Positions 55,876 through 64,000 are shown, numbered from the stretch's first letter. The stretch is 64,000 nucleotides of DNA from Gemmatimonadota bacterium (GCA_009692115.1 SHZU01000004.1:138275-202274); one strand, 5' to 3'. Notes: generated from the sequence alone by a model not told the origin. Program-made: numbers and translations.

Positions 55876-58004
55876 GGCGTCGGACCCCGCTTGCCCATGT
55901 TCGCGAGCGCAAACGAAAAGACATCGGCCCGTTCCTCGATCGTCTTCGAGACCGGTTTGCCGAATCCGTGGCCGGCCTTGGTTTCGATCCGAATGTACGC
56001 CGGCCGCCGCCATGCCGTCGCGGCTTGGAGCGCCGCCGCAAACTTGAACGAGTGCCCTGGCACCACCCGGTCGTCGTGATCCGCGGTGGTGACGAGGGTG
56101 GCGGGGTAATCCGTCTCCGGCTTCAGATTGTGGAGCGGCGAGTAGGCCTTGAGAACCGGGAAGTGCTTCGGATCGTCGGCTGATCCGTACTCTGAAGCCC
56201 AGGCCCACCCGATTGTAAACTTGTGATAGCGGAGCATGTCCATCACACCCACGGCCGGAAATGCCACGGCCGCGAGGTCGGGCCGCTGGGTCATGGTGGC
56301 CCCGACCAAGAGCCCCCCGTTCGATCCGCCCTCGATGGCCAGGTAGGCCGAACTGGTGTACCGCTCGGCAAAGAGATACTCGGCGGCCGCCACGAAATCG
56401 TCGAAGACGTTTTGCTTCTTCTCGAACATGCCCGCCTCGTGCCACGCCTTGCCGTACTCCCCGCCGCCCCGAAGGTTCGGCTGGGCGTAGACGCCGCCCT
56501 TCTCGAGCCAGCCGATCAAGGCCGGATCGAAGGACGGGGTCAGGCTGATGTCGAATCCGCCGTAGGCGTAGAGGATCGTCGGGTTGACCCCGTTCTTTTC
56601 GAGATCGCGCCGGTGGGTGATGAACATCGGGACCCGGGTGCCGTCCTTGCTCCGATAGAATACCTGCTCGGTCTGATAACGGACGGGGTCGAACTTGAGC
56701 TTCGGCGCCCGGAACACCTCGGACCCACCGGTGCCGACGTCGTACCGGTAGATCGTCCCCGGCGACAGGAACGACGTGAACGCGTAGAACATCTCGGGGC
56801 GATCCGGATCACCGCTGATGCCGGTGGCGCTGCCGATGCCAGGCAAGCTCACCTCGCGGACCGGCCGGCCATCCCGTTCGAAGATCCTGACCGACGACTT
56901 AGCGTCGGCCAAATAGGTGGCCACCAACCGGCCACCGACTTCGAGAACTGACTCGAGCGCGTGGGGCTGCTCCGGAATCGTCTCCCGGACTGCCTCCGCC
57001 CCGGTTTTCCGAGTGTCGATGGTAATCACCCGGCTGCGCGGGGCATCGCGATCGGTCCGGAATTGGAACAGCGGCCCTTGATTCCCGATGAATCCATAGG
57101 CGGCGTCGGCCTGATCGAGGAGCCGGGCCACGGTACCGGTCACCTGGGGCCGAATCGGATCGGCCAAGTCGAGGTAATGAATTCGCTGCCTGGTGTCGGT
57201 ACCGACCCAGACGTTCATCACCAGATACCGGCCATCGTGGGTTACCTGGACGCCGAATCCCCAGTCGGGCTGATCCGGGCGCTCGTAGACCACGACGTCC
57301 TCGGCCTGGGTGGTCCCGATCTGGTGGTAGTAGACCTTCATGTCCCGGTTCTGCCCGACCATCGCCGAGCCGGCGGCCGGCTCGGGATACCTCGAGTAGA
57401 AGAACCCCTTGCCGTCCCTGGTCCAGGCGCCGCCTGAAAACTTGATCCACCGAAGATGGTCGGACAGGTCGGTGCCGTCGGCAACCCGGCGAACCTTGAA
57501 TTCCTGCCAATCCGATCCGCTGGCTGCGGTGGCGTAGAGCAGCAGGCTCCCATCGGGGCTTGGCTCCGTCAGCGCGAGCGCCACGGTGCCGTCGTCGGAC
57601 AGGCGGTTAGGGTCGAGCAACTCACGGGTGGTCCCGGTTCTCGCATCCTGTACATAGAGAACGGCTTGGTTTTGAAGCCCGCTGTTCCGGCTGTAGAAGT
57701 ACCGGCCGCCACGGTAGTAGGGCACGGAAAACCGCTCGTAGTCGTAGAGCTCGCTCAAGCGGCCCTTGAGGGCGTCGCGACCGGGGAGCGCCCGGAGGTA
57801 GTCGAAGGTGACCTGATTCTGGGTGGTGACCCAGGCCAGCGTCTCGGGGGCATCGACGTCCTCGAGCCACCGGTAGGGGTCGGCGACCTTGGTCCCGTGA
57901 TAGTCACCGACGGTGGCGCCTGCCCGGGTAACCGGGGGGCGCTTGGGCTGGGCAGCAAGCATGGAAGTGAGGCCTAAAAAAAGAAACAGCACCGGACGGA
58001 TCAT
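55872..58004 (-). CDS. prolyl oligopeptidase (S9A family)
   Basis: ATG 58004 gives signal MIRPVLFLFLGLTSMLAAQ (track start GTG 58016). N-terminal DPYRWLED, propeller, catalytic GGSNGGLLVGA, then DHDDRV and GHG. Confidence 0.9.
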   Translation of the reverse strand: MIRPVLFLFLGLTSMLAAQPKRPPVTRAGATVGDYHGTKVADPYRWLEDVDAPETLAWVTTQNQVTFDYLRALPGRDALKGRLSELYDYERFSVPYYRGGRYFYSRNSGLQNQAVLYVQDARTGTTRELLDPNRLSDDGTVALALTEPSPDGSLLLYATAASGSDWQEFKVRRVADGTDLSDHLRWIKFSGGAWTRDGKGFFYSRYPEPAAGSAMVGQNRDMKVYYHQIGTTQAEDVVVYERPDQPDWGFGVQVTHDGRYLVMNVWVGTDTRQRIHYLDLADPIRPQVTGTVARLLDQADAAYGFIGNQGPLFQFRTDRDAPRSRVITIDTRKTGAEAVRETIPEQPHALESVLEVGGRLVATYLADAKSSVRIFERDGRPVREVSLPGIGSATGISGDPDRPEMFYAFTSFLSPGTIYRYDVGTGGSEVFRAPKLKFDPVRYQTEQVFYRSKDGTRVPMFITHRRDLEKNGVNPTILYAYGGFDISLTPSFDPALIGWLEKGGVYAQPNLRGGGEYGKAWHEAGMFEKKQNVFDDFVAAAEYLFAERYTSSAYLAIEGGSNGGLLVGATMTQRPDLAAVAFPAVGVMDMLRYHKFTIGWAWASEYGSADDPKHFPVLKAYSPLHNLKPETDYPATLVTTADHDDRVVPGHSFKFAAALQAATAWRRPAYIRIETKAGHGFGKPVSKTIEERADVFSFALANMGKRGPTP

Positions 58005-58016
58005 GGTTGCCTCCAC

Positions 58017-59660
58017 CTAACGATTGAACCGAATTCGGAGCATCCGGCTGGCGCTGACCTCGAAGCCGTTGATCCGGCCGTCGGCGCCCCGGGTAAAGCG
58101 AACGAAGCTCCCATCGGCCTGATAGGCGTCTTTGATCCGGGGTTTCAGCTCGGATTCTCCGACGGCTCGGCCCTTGAGCATGGCCTTGCCCTTCTCGATC
58201 CGCACGGTCCAGATGGTTCCGAGCTCGGGGCTCGAATACGACCCGACCAAAGCTTGGAGGTCAGCGCCGGTCGAAGTATAGCCCGCGGTCTTGAGATAAG
58301 GACCTTGACTGGTGCCGAGGATCGAGAGGCTGAGGGCGCGGCGTTGGTCGCTGAACTGGAGTTCGACGGCCTGTCCCTGGTAGCTGAATCGATCCTCGCC
58401 GAGGGGGGTGAGCGGTAAAGGCCGACCCATGGCATGGGCTACGAGGCGGCCGGAGTCGGCGGTGATCTCGACGACCGACTGGAGCAGGTCGGCGTAGTAG
58501 AGCCCGAGATACGGGGCGGGGTCAATCTTGACTACCGGAGCGGCCGCTGGGGCACTGGGAGAGCCGGCGGCAGGAGCGGCGGGGAAGACGCCGGCCAGAA
58601 TCACATCGGCGACGTCGGTGGCCCGTTTCTGGGTGTTGGCCGTCCCGATGTTGCACGTCACCCCGATCGATACGCCCTGGTCTGGGAATCGCATCAACAT
58701 GGCGCGGTAGCCGGCCCACGCGCCCCCATGGTGGATCCGCCGGAGGCCCCGGTATTTGTCGACGAACAGACCCCGGGCATAACTCAGACTATCACCATTG
58801 TTCAGGGTGCCCCGCTGTTCCATTCGATCGATCAGCGCCTGACCGCCCACTTTGGGATCAGAGAAGTTGGCATCCCACCGGGCCAGGTCGAGGACGGTGG
58901 TATTCACCGCGCCATCGCCGGTCTGATCCCAATTCGACATATCGACCGTAAAGCCGCCGTTCGGTCCCGGACCGTAGGCCGTGGCGCGGTTTGGAAGGAT
59001 GGCGGTGTGGTCGTCCCGGAAGTGGGTCACGGCCATGCCCAACGGCGAGAAAATCCGCTCCTTGGAGAACTCGGTCAGCGTCCGGTTGGTGACCCTCTTC
59101 ACGATCGTCGAGAGCAGGAAGAATCCGGTATTGCTGTAGTCCCACCGGCTCCCCGGTTCGAAGTTCAACGCTCGTTGGGAAATGATGACGCCGAGCGCGT
59201 CGTCGTCGTTGGTGAAGTCTTCGAAGAAGTGTCCTGCCATGAACAACAGCCCGTTGTAATCTCGGAGCCCGCTGGTATGACGGAGCAGGTGATCGATGGT
59301 GATCGTCTTGCCATAGCCTGGGAGCTCGGGGACATACTTCCGGACGTCGTCGGCCAGGGACAGCTTGCCTTCGTTGGCGAGGATCACGATGGCGGCGGCG
59401 GCGAATTGTTTCGACGTCGACCCGATGTCGAACACCGTGGTCGGGCTGATCGGCACGCCGAGATTCAAGTCGGCCATGCCGTACCCCCTGGCAAACCGGA
59501 CCCGGCCCCGTTCGTAGACGCCGAGGGCGCAGCCCGGCGTGGTCGTGCCATACTCCTTGAAGACCGCATCGACTTTGGCCGTGTCGAGTTGGATCGGGGT
59601 CTGGGCGGCCAAGGCAAAGGGGAGGCTGAGCAGGACGGTAGTGGCGGTCACGATCTTCAT
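58017..59660 (-). CDS. beta-lactamase-family serine hydrolase with C-terminal extension domain
   Basis: ATG 59660 gives signal MKIVTATTVLLSLPFALAAQ. SxxK in FDIGSTSKQFAAAAIVIL, then YSNTGF and HHGGAWAGY. Clear paralogue of 43084-44709. Confidence 0.85.
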   Translation of the reverse strand: MKIVTATTVLLSLPFALAAQTPIQLDTAKVDAVFKEYGTTTPGCALGVYERGRVRFARGYGMADLNLGVPISPTTVFDIGSTSKQFAAAAIVILANEGKLSLADDVRKYVPELPGYGKTITIDHLLRHTSGLRDYNGLLFMAGHFFEDFTNDDDALGVIISQRALNFEPGSRWDYSNTGFFLLSTIVKRVTNRTLTEFSKERIFSPLGMAVTHFRDDHTAILPNRATAYGPGPNGGFTVDMSNWDQTGDGAVNTTVLDLARWDANFSDPKVGGQALIDRMEQRGTLNNGDSLSYARGLFVDKYRGLRRIHHGGAWAGYRAMLMRFPDQGVSIGVTCNIGTANTQKRATDVADVILAGVFPAAPAAGSPSAPAAAPVVKIDPAPYLGLYYADLLQSVVEITADSGRLVAHAMGRPLPLTPLGEDRFSYQGQAVELQFSDQRRALSLSILGTSQGPYLKTAGYTSTGADLQALVGSYSSPELGTIWTVRIEKGKAMLKGRAVGESELKPRIKDAYQADGSFVRFTRGADGRINGFEVSASRMLRIRFNR

Positions 59661-59906
59661 GGGCGACTCAGGATAGTGGTGACATTGGGATCGGCAGGGA
59701 GCCAATTCAATTGCGGATGAAGTCGCATGGTGACTGTAATGTGACGGGTTTCGCGCGGGTACGCGAGTAGGGGGAGTCGCGCCGCCATCGTGTCACGCTC
59801 GCAGTGCGAGCCAATTACTCGAATCGGGGTCACGATGGTCGACAGGTGACACACTGTCTGACGAAGTAGGCAGCCAAGGCAATGATACCAATGACCAAGT
59901 AGTGCG

Positions 59907-60484
59907 ATGGATGTGATTCGTTAGGTGACCGGCGCGACTTCCTGCGGCAAGCGGCGGGATGGGCGGCCGCGGTTGCAGCCGCCCTGGCGATTCCAGGACG
60001 GGCGGCGGTGGCGCTCCCGATCGGGGTGGCCATCGGCCGGCGGAATGAGGGGGGCGGTGGGGTCAACTACGCCCTCCCGCCCGCCGACGGGATCCTGATC
60101 GACAAGCCCAACGAGGTCATCGTGGCCCGGCATCAAGGGTCGGTGTACGCCTTCGCCCTGTCGTGTCCCCATCAGAACACGGTCCTCAGATGGTTGGCCG
60201 ACGAAGGCCGGTTTCAGTGTCCGAAACACAAGTCGCGCTATCAACCTGACGGCACCTTCATTTCCGGGCGGGCCACCCGAAACATGGACCGCCTGCTGAT
60301 CCGGCGCGACGGGGCCACGGTCGTCGTCGACGTGGATCACGTCTTCGAAAGCGACAAAGACCCGGCGGCCTGGTCGGCGGCTGTCGTCAAGGTTCAGGAC
60401 TCGGCACTCGGCACCGGTTGGGAGTGGCGGGTTGGGGCGCGGTGGGCTAACCTGAGGGCCTCACGACCATCCGGCGAGGTCTCG
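59907..60484 (+). pseudogene. Tat-exported Rieske [2Fe-2S] protein gene lacking an in-frame start and a stop (reads through into the S9 gene)
   Basis: The frame carries a twin-arginine signal (GDRRDFLRQAAGWAAAVAAALA) and the Rieske motifs CPHQN...CPKHKS. The only upstream ATG (59907, MDVIR then TAG) is in the +1 frame. The first in-frame start (GTG 60008) is after the Tat motif. There is no stop before the S9 ATG at 60485. Confidence 0.5.
60400..60417 (+). repeat. tandem heptanucleotide repeat, 2 units plus a partial (CTCGGCA CTCGGCA CCGG)
   Basis: Read directly. It lies between the Rieske domain and the S9 peptidase start. Confidence 0.7.
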
Positions 60485-62527
60485 ATGCGTGGCTTTTCCC
60501 TCCTGTTCGTCACTTTGTTCCCTTGGTCCGTGGCGGCGCAGGTCCGGCCGGCGGATACCCTGTTCCAGGTTGAGCGATACCTCGATTACGAGACGGTGCA
60601 GTCGCCTCGGATCTCGCCGGACGGCAACGTCGTGGTGTTTGGGCGGCGAGCGGTTGACAAGATGAAAGACAGCTGGGAAACCAGCTTGTGGATCATGAAC
60701 GCCGATGGGTCGAACCTTCGGTTCCTCCTCAAAGGTGCCGACCCGGTGTGGTCGGCTGATGGAACCCGGATCGCGTTTCTTGCCCCGGGCGAGCCGGGCG
60801 GGAATCAGATCTTCGTCCGCTACATGGATGCCGAAGGGGCGGTGTCGCAGGTAACGCGAGTGGAGCAGACGCCGTCCGATATCCGCTGGGCGCCGGACGG
60901 GCGCTCGATCGGCTTTGCGATGGTGGTACCCTCGGCGCCCGACTGGAACGTCCGGCTTCCAGCCCCGCCGGCCGGTGCGACCTGGACGCGGGCTCCGCGG
61001 GTGGTCGACAAACTCCATTCGCGGGCCGATGGGCGCGGGTGGCTGGTCAACGGGTACACCCATCTCTTCGTGGTGCCTTCCACTGGCGGGACGCCCCGCC
61101 AGGTCACGACCGGAACTTGGAATGTGGGTGCTCGGGGTATTGGACTGCCCGGGTCGGTGGGCTGGGACTGGATGCCCGACGGCCGGAGTCTCGTGGTCGA
61201 TGGCAACGACGATCCCGATGCCGACCGGCAGCGCCAGGTCTCCAACATCTACGCGGTTGATCTCGAGACCCTCACGCGTCGCCGGCTCACCCCGTCGAAA
61301 GGCAATTGGACCAATCCCATTGTCTCGCCCGACGGCAAGGTGATTGCCTTCCTCGGTTTCTCGTTTACCAAGCAGACCTATCGGGTGTCTGATCTGTACA
61401 CGATGCCCGCCACCGGCGGCGCGGCCACGCTTCGAAGTCAGGGCTTTGACCGAACGCCCTCGCAGTTGGTATGGGCGCTGGACAACAGCGGGCTCTATTT
61501 CGTCGCCGACGATCGGGGGGTCTCGAATCTCTACCTCGCGCCGACCAGCGGTCCGATCCGGCCGCTGACCACCGGGATTCATATGTTGACCGCGCCCTCG
61601 GTCTCGAAGAAAGGCACGGCGGTGGTGGTTCGGACCCATTTCTACGCCCCACCTGACGTCGTGAAGATCGATCTCAAGAAGCCGTCGCAGTTGGTTCCAC
61701 TGACCCAGATGAATGCCGATCTCCTTGGCGGAGCCAAGCTCGGCGAGGTCGAAGAGATCTGGTACCGGTCGGCGGACGGAACCCGGGTCCAGGGGTGGAT
61801 CGTCAAGCCGCCGTCCTTCACCCCGGACCGAAAGTGGCCGTTGATCCTCGAGATTCACGGCGGCCCTCACGGGATGTACAACGTCGGGTTCAATCCGATG
61901 TACCAGAACTTCGCCGCCAACGGGTTCGTCACGTTGTACACCAACCCCCGAGGCAGCACCGGCTACGGCACCGACTTCGGCAATGCGATCGACCAGGCGT
62001 ACCCGAGTGTCGACTACGACGATCTCATGGCCGGCGTCGACAGTGTCATCGGCCGGGGCTATGTGGACGAAAAGCAGATGTACGTGACGGGGTGCAGCGG
62101 TGGCGGGGTGTTGTCGAGTTGGGTCATTGCCCATACCAACCGGTTCGCGGCCGCGGCCGTCCGCTGCCCGGTTACCAACTGGATGAGTTTTGCCGGCACC
62201 AGCGACATCCCGCTTTTCGGCTTCAACTGGTTCGACAAGCCCTATTGGGAAGACCCCAAGCCGTGGCTCGAGCACAGTACGATCTTCCACGTCGGCAAAG
62301 TCAAAACCCCGACCTTGCTGATGACCGGCGAGCTCGACCTTCGGACCCCGATGGGCCAGACGGAGGAATACTTCGCCGCCTTGAAAGTGTTAGGCGTACC
62401 GACGGCGATGGTGCGGTTCGAGGGCGAGTACCACGGGACCGGTTCCAAACCCTCGAACTGGATGCGGACTCAAGTGTACATGATGGAGTGGTTCCGCCGG
62501 TACGGCACCAACGGAACCATTCCGTGA
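60485..62527 (+). CDS. S9-family serine peptidase (beta-propeller plus alpha/beta hydrolase)
   Basis: ATG 60485 gives signal MRGFSLLFVTLFPWSVAAQ. Propeller repeats (SPDGNVV, WSADGTRIAF, WAPDGRS). Catalytic VTGCSGGGVLSSW, then GELDLRTP and EYHG. The track ORF (from 60008) is the in-frame fusion with the Rieske frame. Confidence 0.9.
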   Translation: MRGFSLLFVTLFPWSVAAQVRPADTLFQVERYLDYETVQSPRISPDGNVVVFGRRAVDKMKDSWETSLWIMNADGSNLRFLLKGADPVWSADGTRIAFLAPGEPGGNQIFVRYMDAEGAVSQVTRVEQTPSDIRWAPDGRSIGFAMVVPSAPDWNVRLPAPPAGATWTRAPRVVDKLHSRADGRGWLVNGYTHLFVVPSTGGTPRQVTTGTWNVGARGIGLPGSVGWDWMPDGRSLVVDGNDDPDADRQRQVSNIYAVDLETLTRRRLTPSKGNWTNPIVSPDGKVIAFLGFSFTKQTYRVSDLYTMPATGGAATLRSQGFDRTPSQLVWALDNSGLYFVADDRGVSNLYLAPTSGPIRPLTTGIHMLTAPSVSKKGTAVVVRTHFYAPPDVVKIDLKKPSQLVPLTQMNADLLGGAKLGEVEEIWYRSADGTRVQGWIVKPPSFTPDRKWPLILEIHGGPHGMYNVGFNPMYQNFAANGFVTLYTNPRGSTGYGTDFGNAIDQAYPSVDYDDLMAGVDSVIGRGYVDEKQMYVTGCSGGGVLSSWVIAHTNRFAAAAVRCPVTNWMSFAGTSDIPLFGFNWFDKPYWEDPKPWLEHSTIFHVGKVKTPTLLMTGELDLRTPMGQTEEYFAALKVLGVPTAMVRFEGEYHGTGSKPSNWMRTQVYMMEWFRRYGTNGTIP

Positions 62528-62531
62528 TGCC

Positions 62532-63689
62532 CTAGCGGCGGTAGCGCTCAACGTACTGGAGGTCTTCGTCGTCGGTCCGGATCACATAGACCGTGCCTTT
62601 CCCGAAGCCGATGACCGTGCTCTTCGCGTTGAGGTTGACCTTCCGGACCAGTTTGCCGGTCTTGTCGAACACATCGTAGGATGGGACCGGGTCGCTGGCC
62701 GGCCGAGTTCGGGCCACCCACACCTCGCCTTCGGGGGCCACGAGGACGGCGTTGTTTCCGGTAAATGGCGGCTTGGTGTCCTCGAACTCGGGGTCGGGCA
62801 GATTGGATGTTGCCGCCGCCCGCCCAGGCCCGCCGCCGAATTGGACCATCATCGGGCGGTTCCGCTTCCGGGCTTCAATGACATCCTTCTTGTCCTGCTC
62901 GGTGACCAAGAGAACCGTGTAGGGCTGCGGTTGGCCAAGCTTGGCCGTTCCGGCGTTGGCCCCGTACCAGAGGACCTGATAGGGGCTCGGTTGGACTCGG
63001 GCAATCGCGCCGTCGCCCGCCACCCCCCAAGCTTCCTGCGGCGTAAAGACTTTGCCGCCCCCGAGCCGGATTGAGACTCGTCCGCCCCCGCCCGAGGCGT
63101 TGACGTTCCCCTTCGGAGGGATCAGCCACGCGACGGTGTCGATCTTGGCCGCCACGCCCTCGGCGGCGTCCCATCGAAGGATCGCGAGCGAGTCGGGCGC
63201 CTTCGCGTCCGGGTTGCCGATGTTGAACGGCGGTGCCTGGAAATAGACTCGGCCGGCTTGGTCGGAGGTGGTGCCACCGAACCCAATGGCCATCCCGCCC
63301 GGCCCGCCGCCGGTGCCGGGAAGGGCCACGGTTTTGGTTGGTTTGCCGGTCGGATCCAGGACCAAGAACCGCCGGCCCAGCAGGTCGTTGATCCAGGTCT
63401 CACCGTTGGGCATTGCCAGCAGTCCGGCCGGGAGTGCGTACTCCCCGGGACCCTGGCCCTCGCGCCCGATCTTGGTGGCTTGGCCAGTGGCGAAGTCGAG
63501 CATCTGGACGGTTTTGTCCTGCAGGTCCGCGATGATCAGTTTGCCGTTGGGCAATTCCCGAACACTGGCAACGCGGGTGTAGGGATCGGGGAAGGCCGCG
63601 TCGGGTTTCGTCAGAGTAACGGGGGCTTGGGCCAAGGCGCCGGATGTGATGAATGCGGTCGCGAGCAGTAGAGCATAAGGTGTTTGCAC
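62532..63689 (-). CDS. hypothetical secreted beta-rich protein
   Basis: GTG 63689 gives signal VQTPYALLLATAFITSGALAQA. Repeated Gly/Pro-rich beta segments, and a C-terminus ...VIGFGKGTVYVIRTDDEDLQYVERYRR. Family not recognised. Confidence 0.65.
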   Translation of the reverse strand: MQTPYALLLATAFITSGALAQAPVTLTKPDAAFPDPYTRVASVRELPNGKLIIADLQDKTVQMLDFATGQATKIGREGQGPGEYALPAGLLAMPNGETWINDLLGRRFLVLDPTGKPTKTVALPGTGGGPGGMAIGFGGTTSDQAGRVYFQAPPFNIGNPDAKAPDSLAILRWDAAEGVAAKIDTVAWLIPPKGNVNASGGGGRVSIRLGGGKVFTPQEAWGVAGDGAIARVQPSPYQVLWYGANAGTAKLGQPQPYTVLLVTEQDKKDVIEARKRNRPMMVQFGGGPGRAAATSNLPDPEFEDTKPPFTGNNAVLVAPEGEVWVARTRPASDPVPSYDVFDKTGKLVRKVNLNAKSTVIGFGKGTVYVIRTDDEDLQYVERYRR

Positions 63690-63783
63690 TGAATGACTCC
63701 AGGAGATGGTCCACGGGGTGCCATGGAGATGCCCGCCTCCGTGTTTCGGTCGCACGGAGAACCTGATCTCGGGCCGCGCGGGG

Positions 63784-64000
63784 CTAGTTCGGCGTCCGAT
63801 ACTGTTCAAGGTACATCAGGTCATCGTCGTCTTTCCGGGCGACGTACACGGTCCGCTTCCCAAACCCTACCACGGCTGCCTGAGGCGCCAAGGTCACCCG
63901 TCCGAGGACCCGGCCCCGGCGGCCGCCAGACCTTGCTTGAAGGCCGAGCGGACGACCGAAACCCGCGGTGTCGAGTTGCGGCTGACCCACCGTCCACCGG
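63784..64000 (-). CDS. paralogue of the 62532-63689 gene, 3' end only (5' part beyond the window)
   Basis: The C-terminus ...VVGFGKRTVYVARKDDDDLMYLEQYRTPN parallels ...VIGFGKGTVYVIRTDDEDLQYVERYRR of the downstream gene. The frame is open to the window edge. Confidence 0.6.
   Translation of the reverse strand, partial: RWTVGQPQLDTAGFGRPLGLQARSGGRRGRVLGRVTLAPQAAVVGFGKRTVYVARKDDDDLMYLEQYRTPN

Noticed and set aside
60461-62290. Long antisense ORFs. This one is 609 aa. Others are 30026-31378(-), 58434-59720(+), 36994-38253(+), 54198-55487(-), 55408-56445(-), 19507-20358(-), 4109-4960(-) and 9681-10349(-).
   Set aside because: These are typical high-GC shadow ORFs. They are Arg/Gly/Pro-rich with no recognisable motifs, and each lies fully opposite a gene with strong family signatures.
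1-64000. Search for CRISPR arrays, tRNA/rRNA genes, transposases, integrases, phage genes, toxin-antitoxin pairs or known defence systems
   Set aside because: None seen. The only tandem repeats are the 7-nt units. Intergenic gaps of more than 70 nt contain no tRNA-like T-arm or cloverleaf pattern that I could find by eye. An Infernal or tRNAscan run would be decisive.

Overview
High-GC bacterial chromosomal segment. The protein repertoire (many secreted peptidases, serine hydrolases and lipoproteins) looks like a Gemmatimonadota-type soil bacterium, but that taxon is a guess from memory. I support about 55 protein-coding genes. They are very tightly packed, and many neighbours share 4-nt start/stop overlaps (ATGA, GTGA, TTGA). 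I found no rRNA, tRNA, CRISPR array, transposase, integrase or recognisable defence or toxin-antitoxin system, so most of the window is housekeeping and catabolic. Five things are not explained by the ORF track. (1) Two small redox genes are missing from the track because each contains an in-frame TGA inside a CxxU/UxxC motif, followed by a SECIS-like hairpin at the same spacing. One is a SelW/Rdx-like gene (19525-19761, +) and the other an ArsC/Spx-family gene (35842-36192, -). (2) A dispersed tandem heptanucleotide repeat (CTCGGCR)n occurs at five loci. It always lies at gene junctions or in a linker and reads the same way on the transcribed strand. At two junctions the copy number decides whether adjacent genes terminate or fuse in frame. 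(3) A two-gene module, a beta-lactamase-family serine hydrolase followed by an S9 peptidase, recurs three times. (4) Disrupted genes are unusually dense. They are pilT (frameshift plus in-frame TAG), a GGDEF-like gene (G7 run), an outer-membrane protein, a GT92-like glycosyltransferase, a Tat-Rieske gene without start or stop, udk and cytochrome c remnants, and a half-length VOC protein. (5) The PQQ alcohol dehydrogenase has GYD where I expect DYD or DYA. All family calls rest on motifs recognised by eye, with no searches run. Frameshift positions are approximate, and I cannot tell real mutations from assembly indels.
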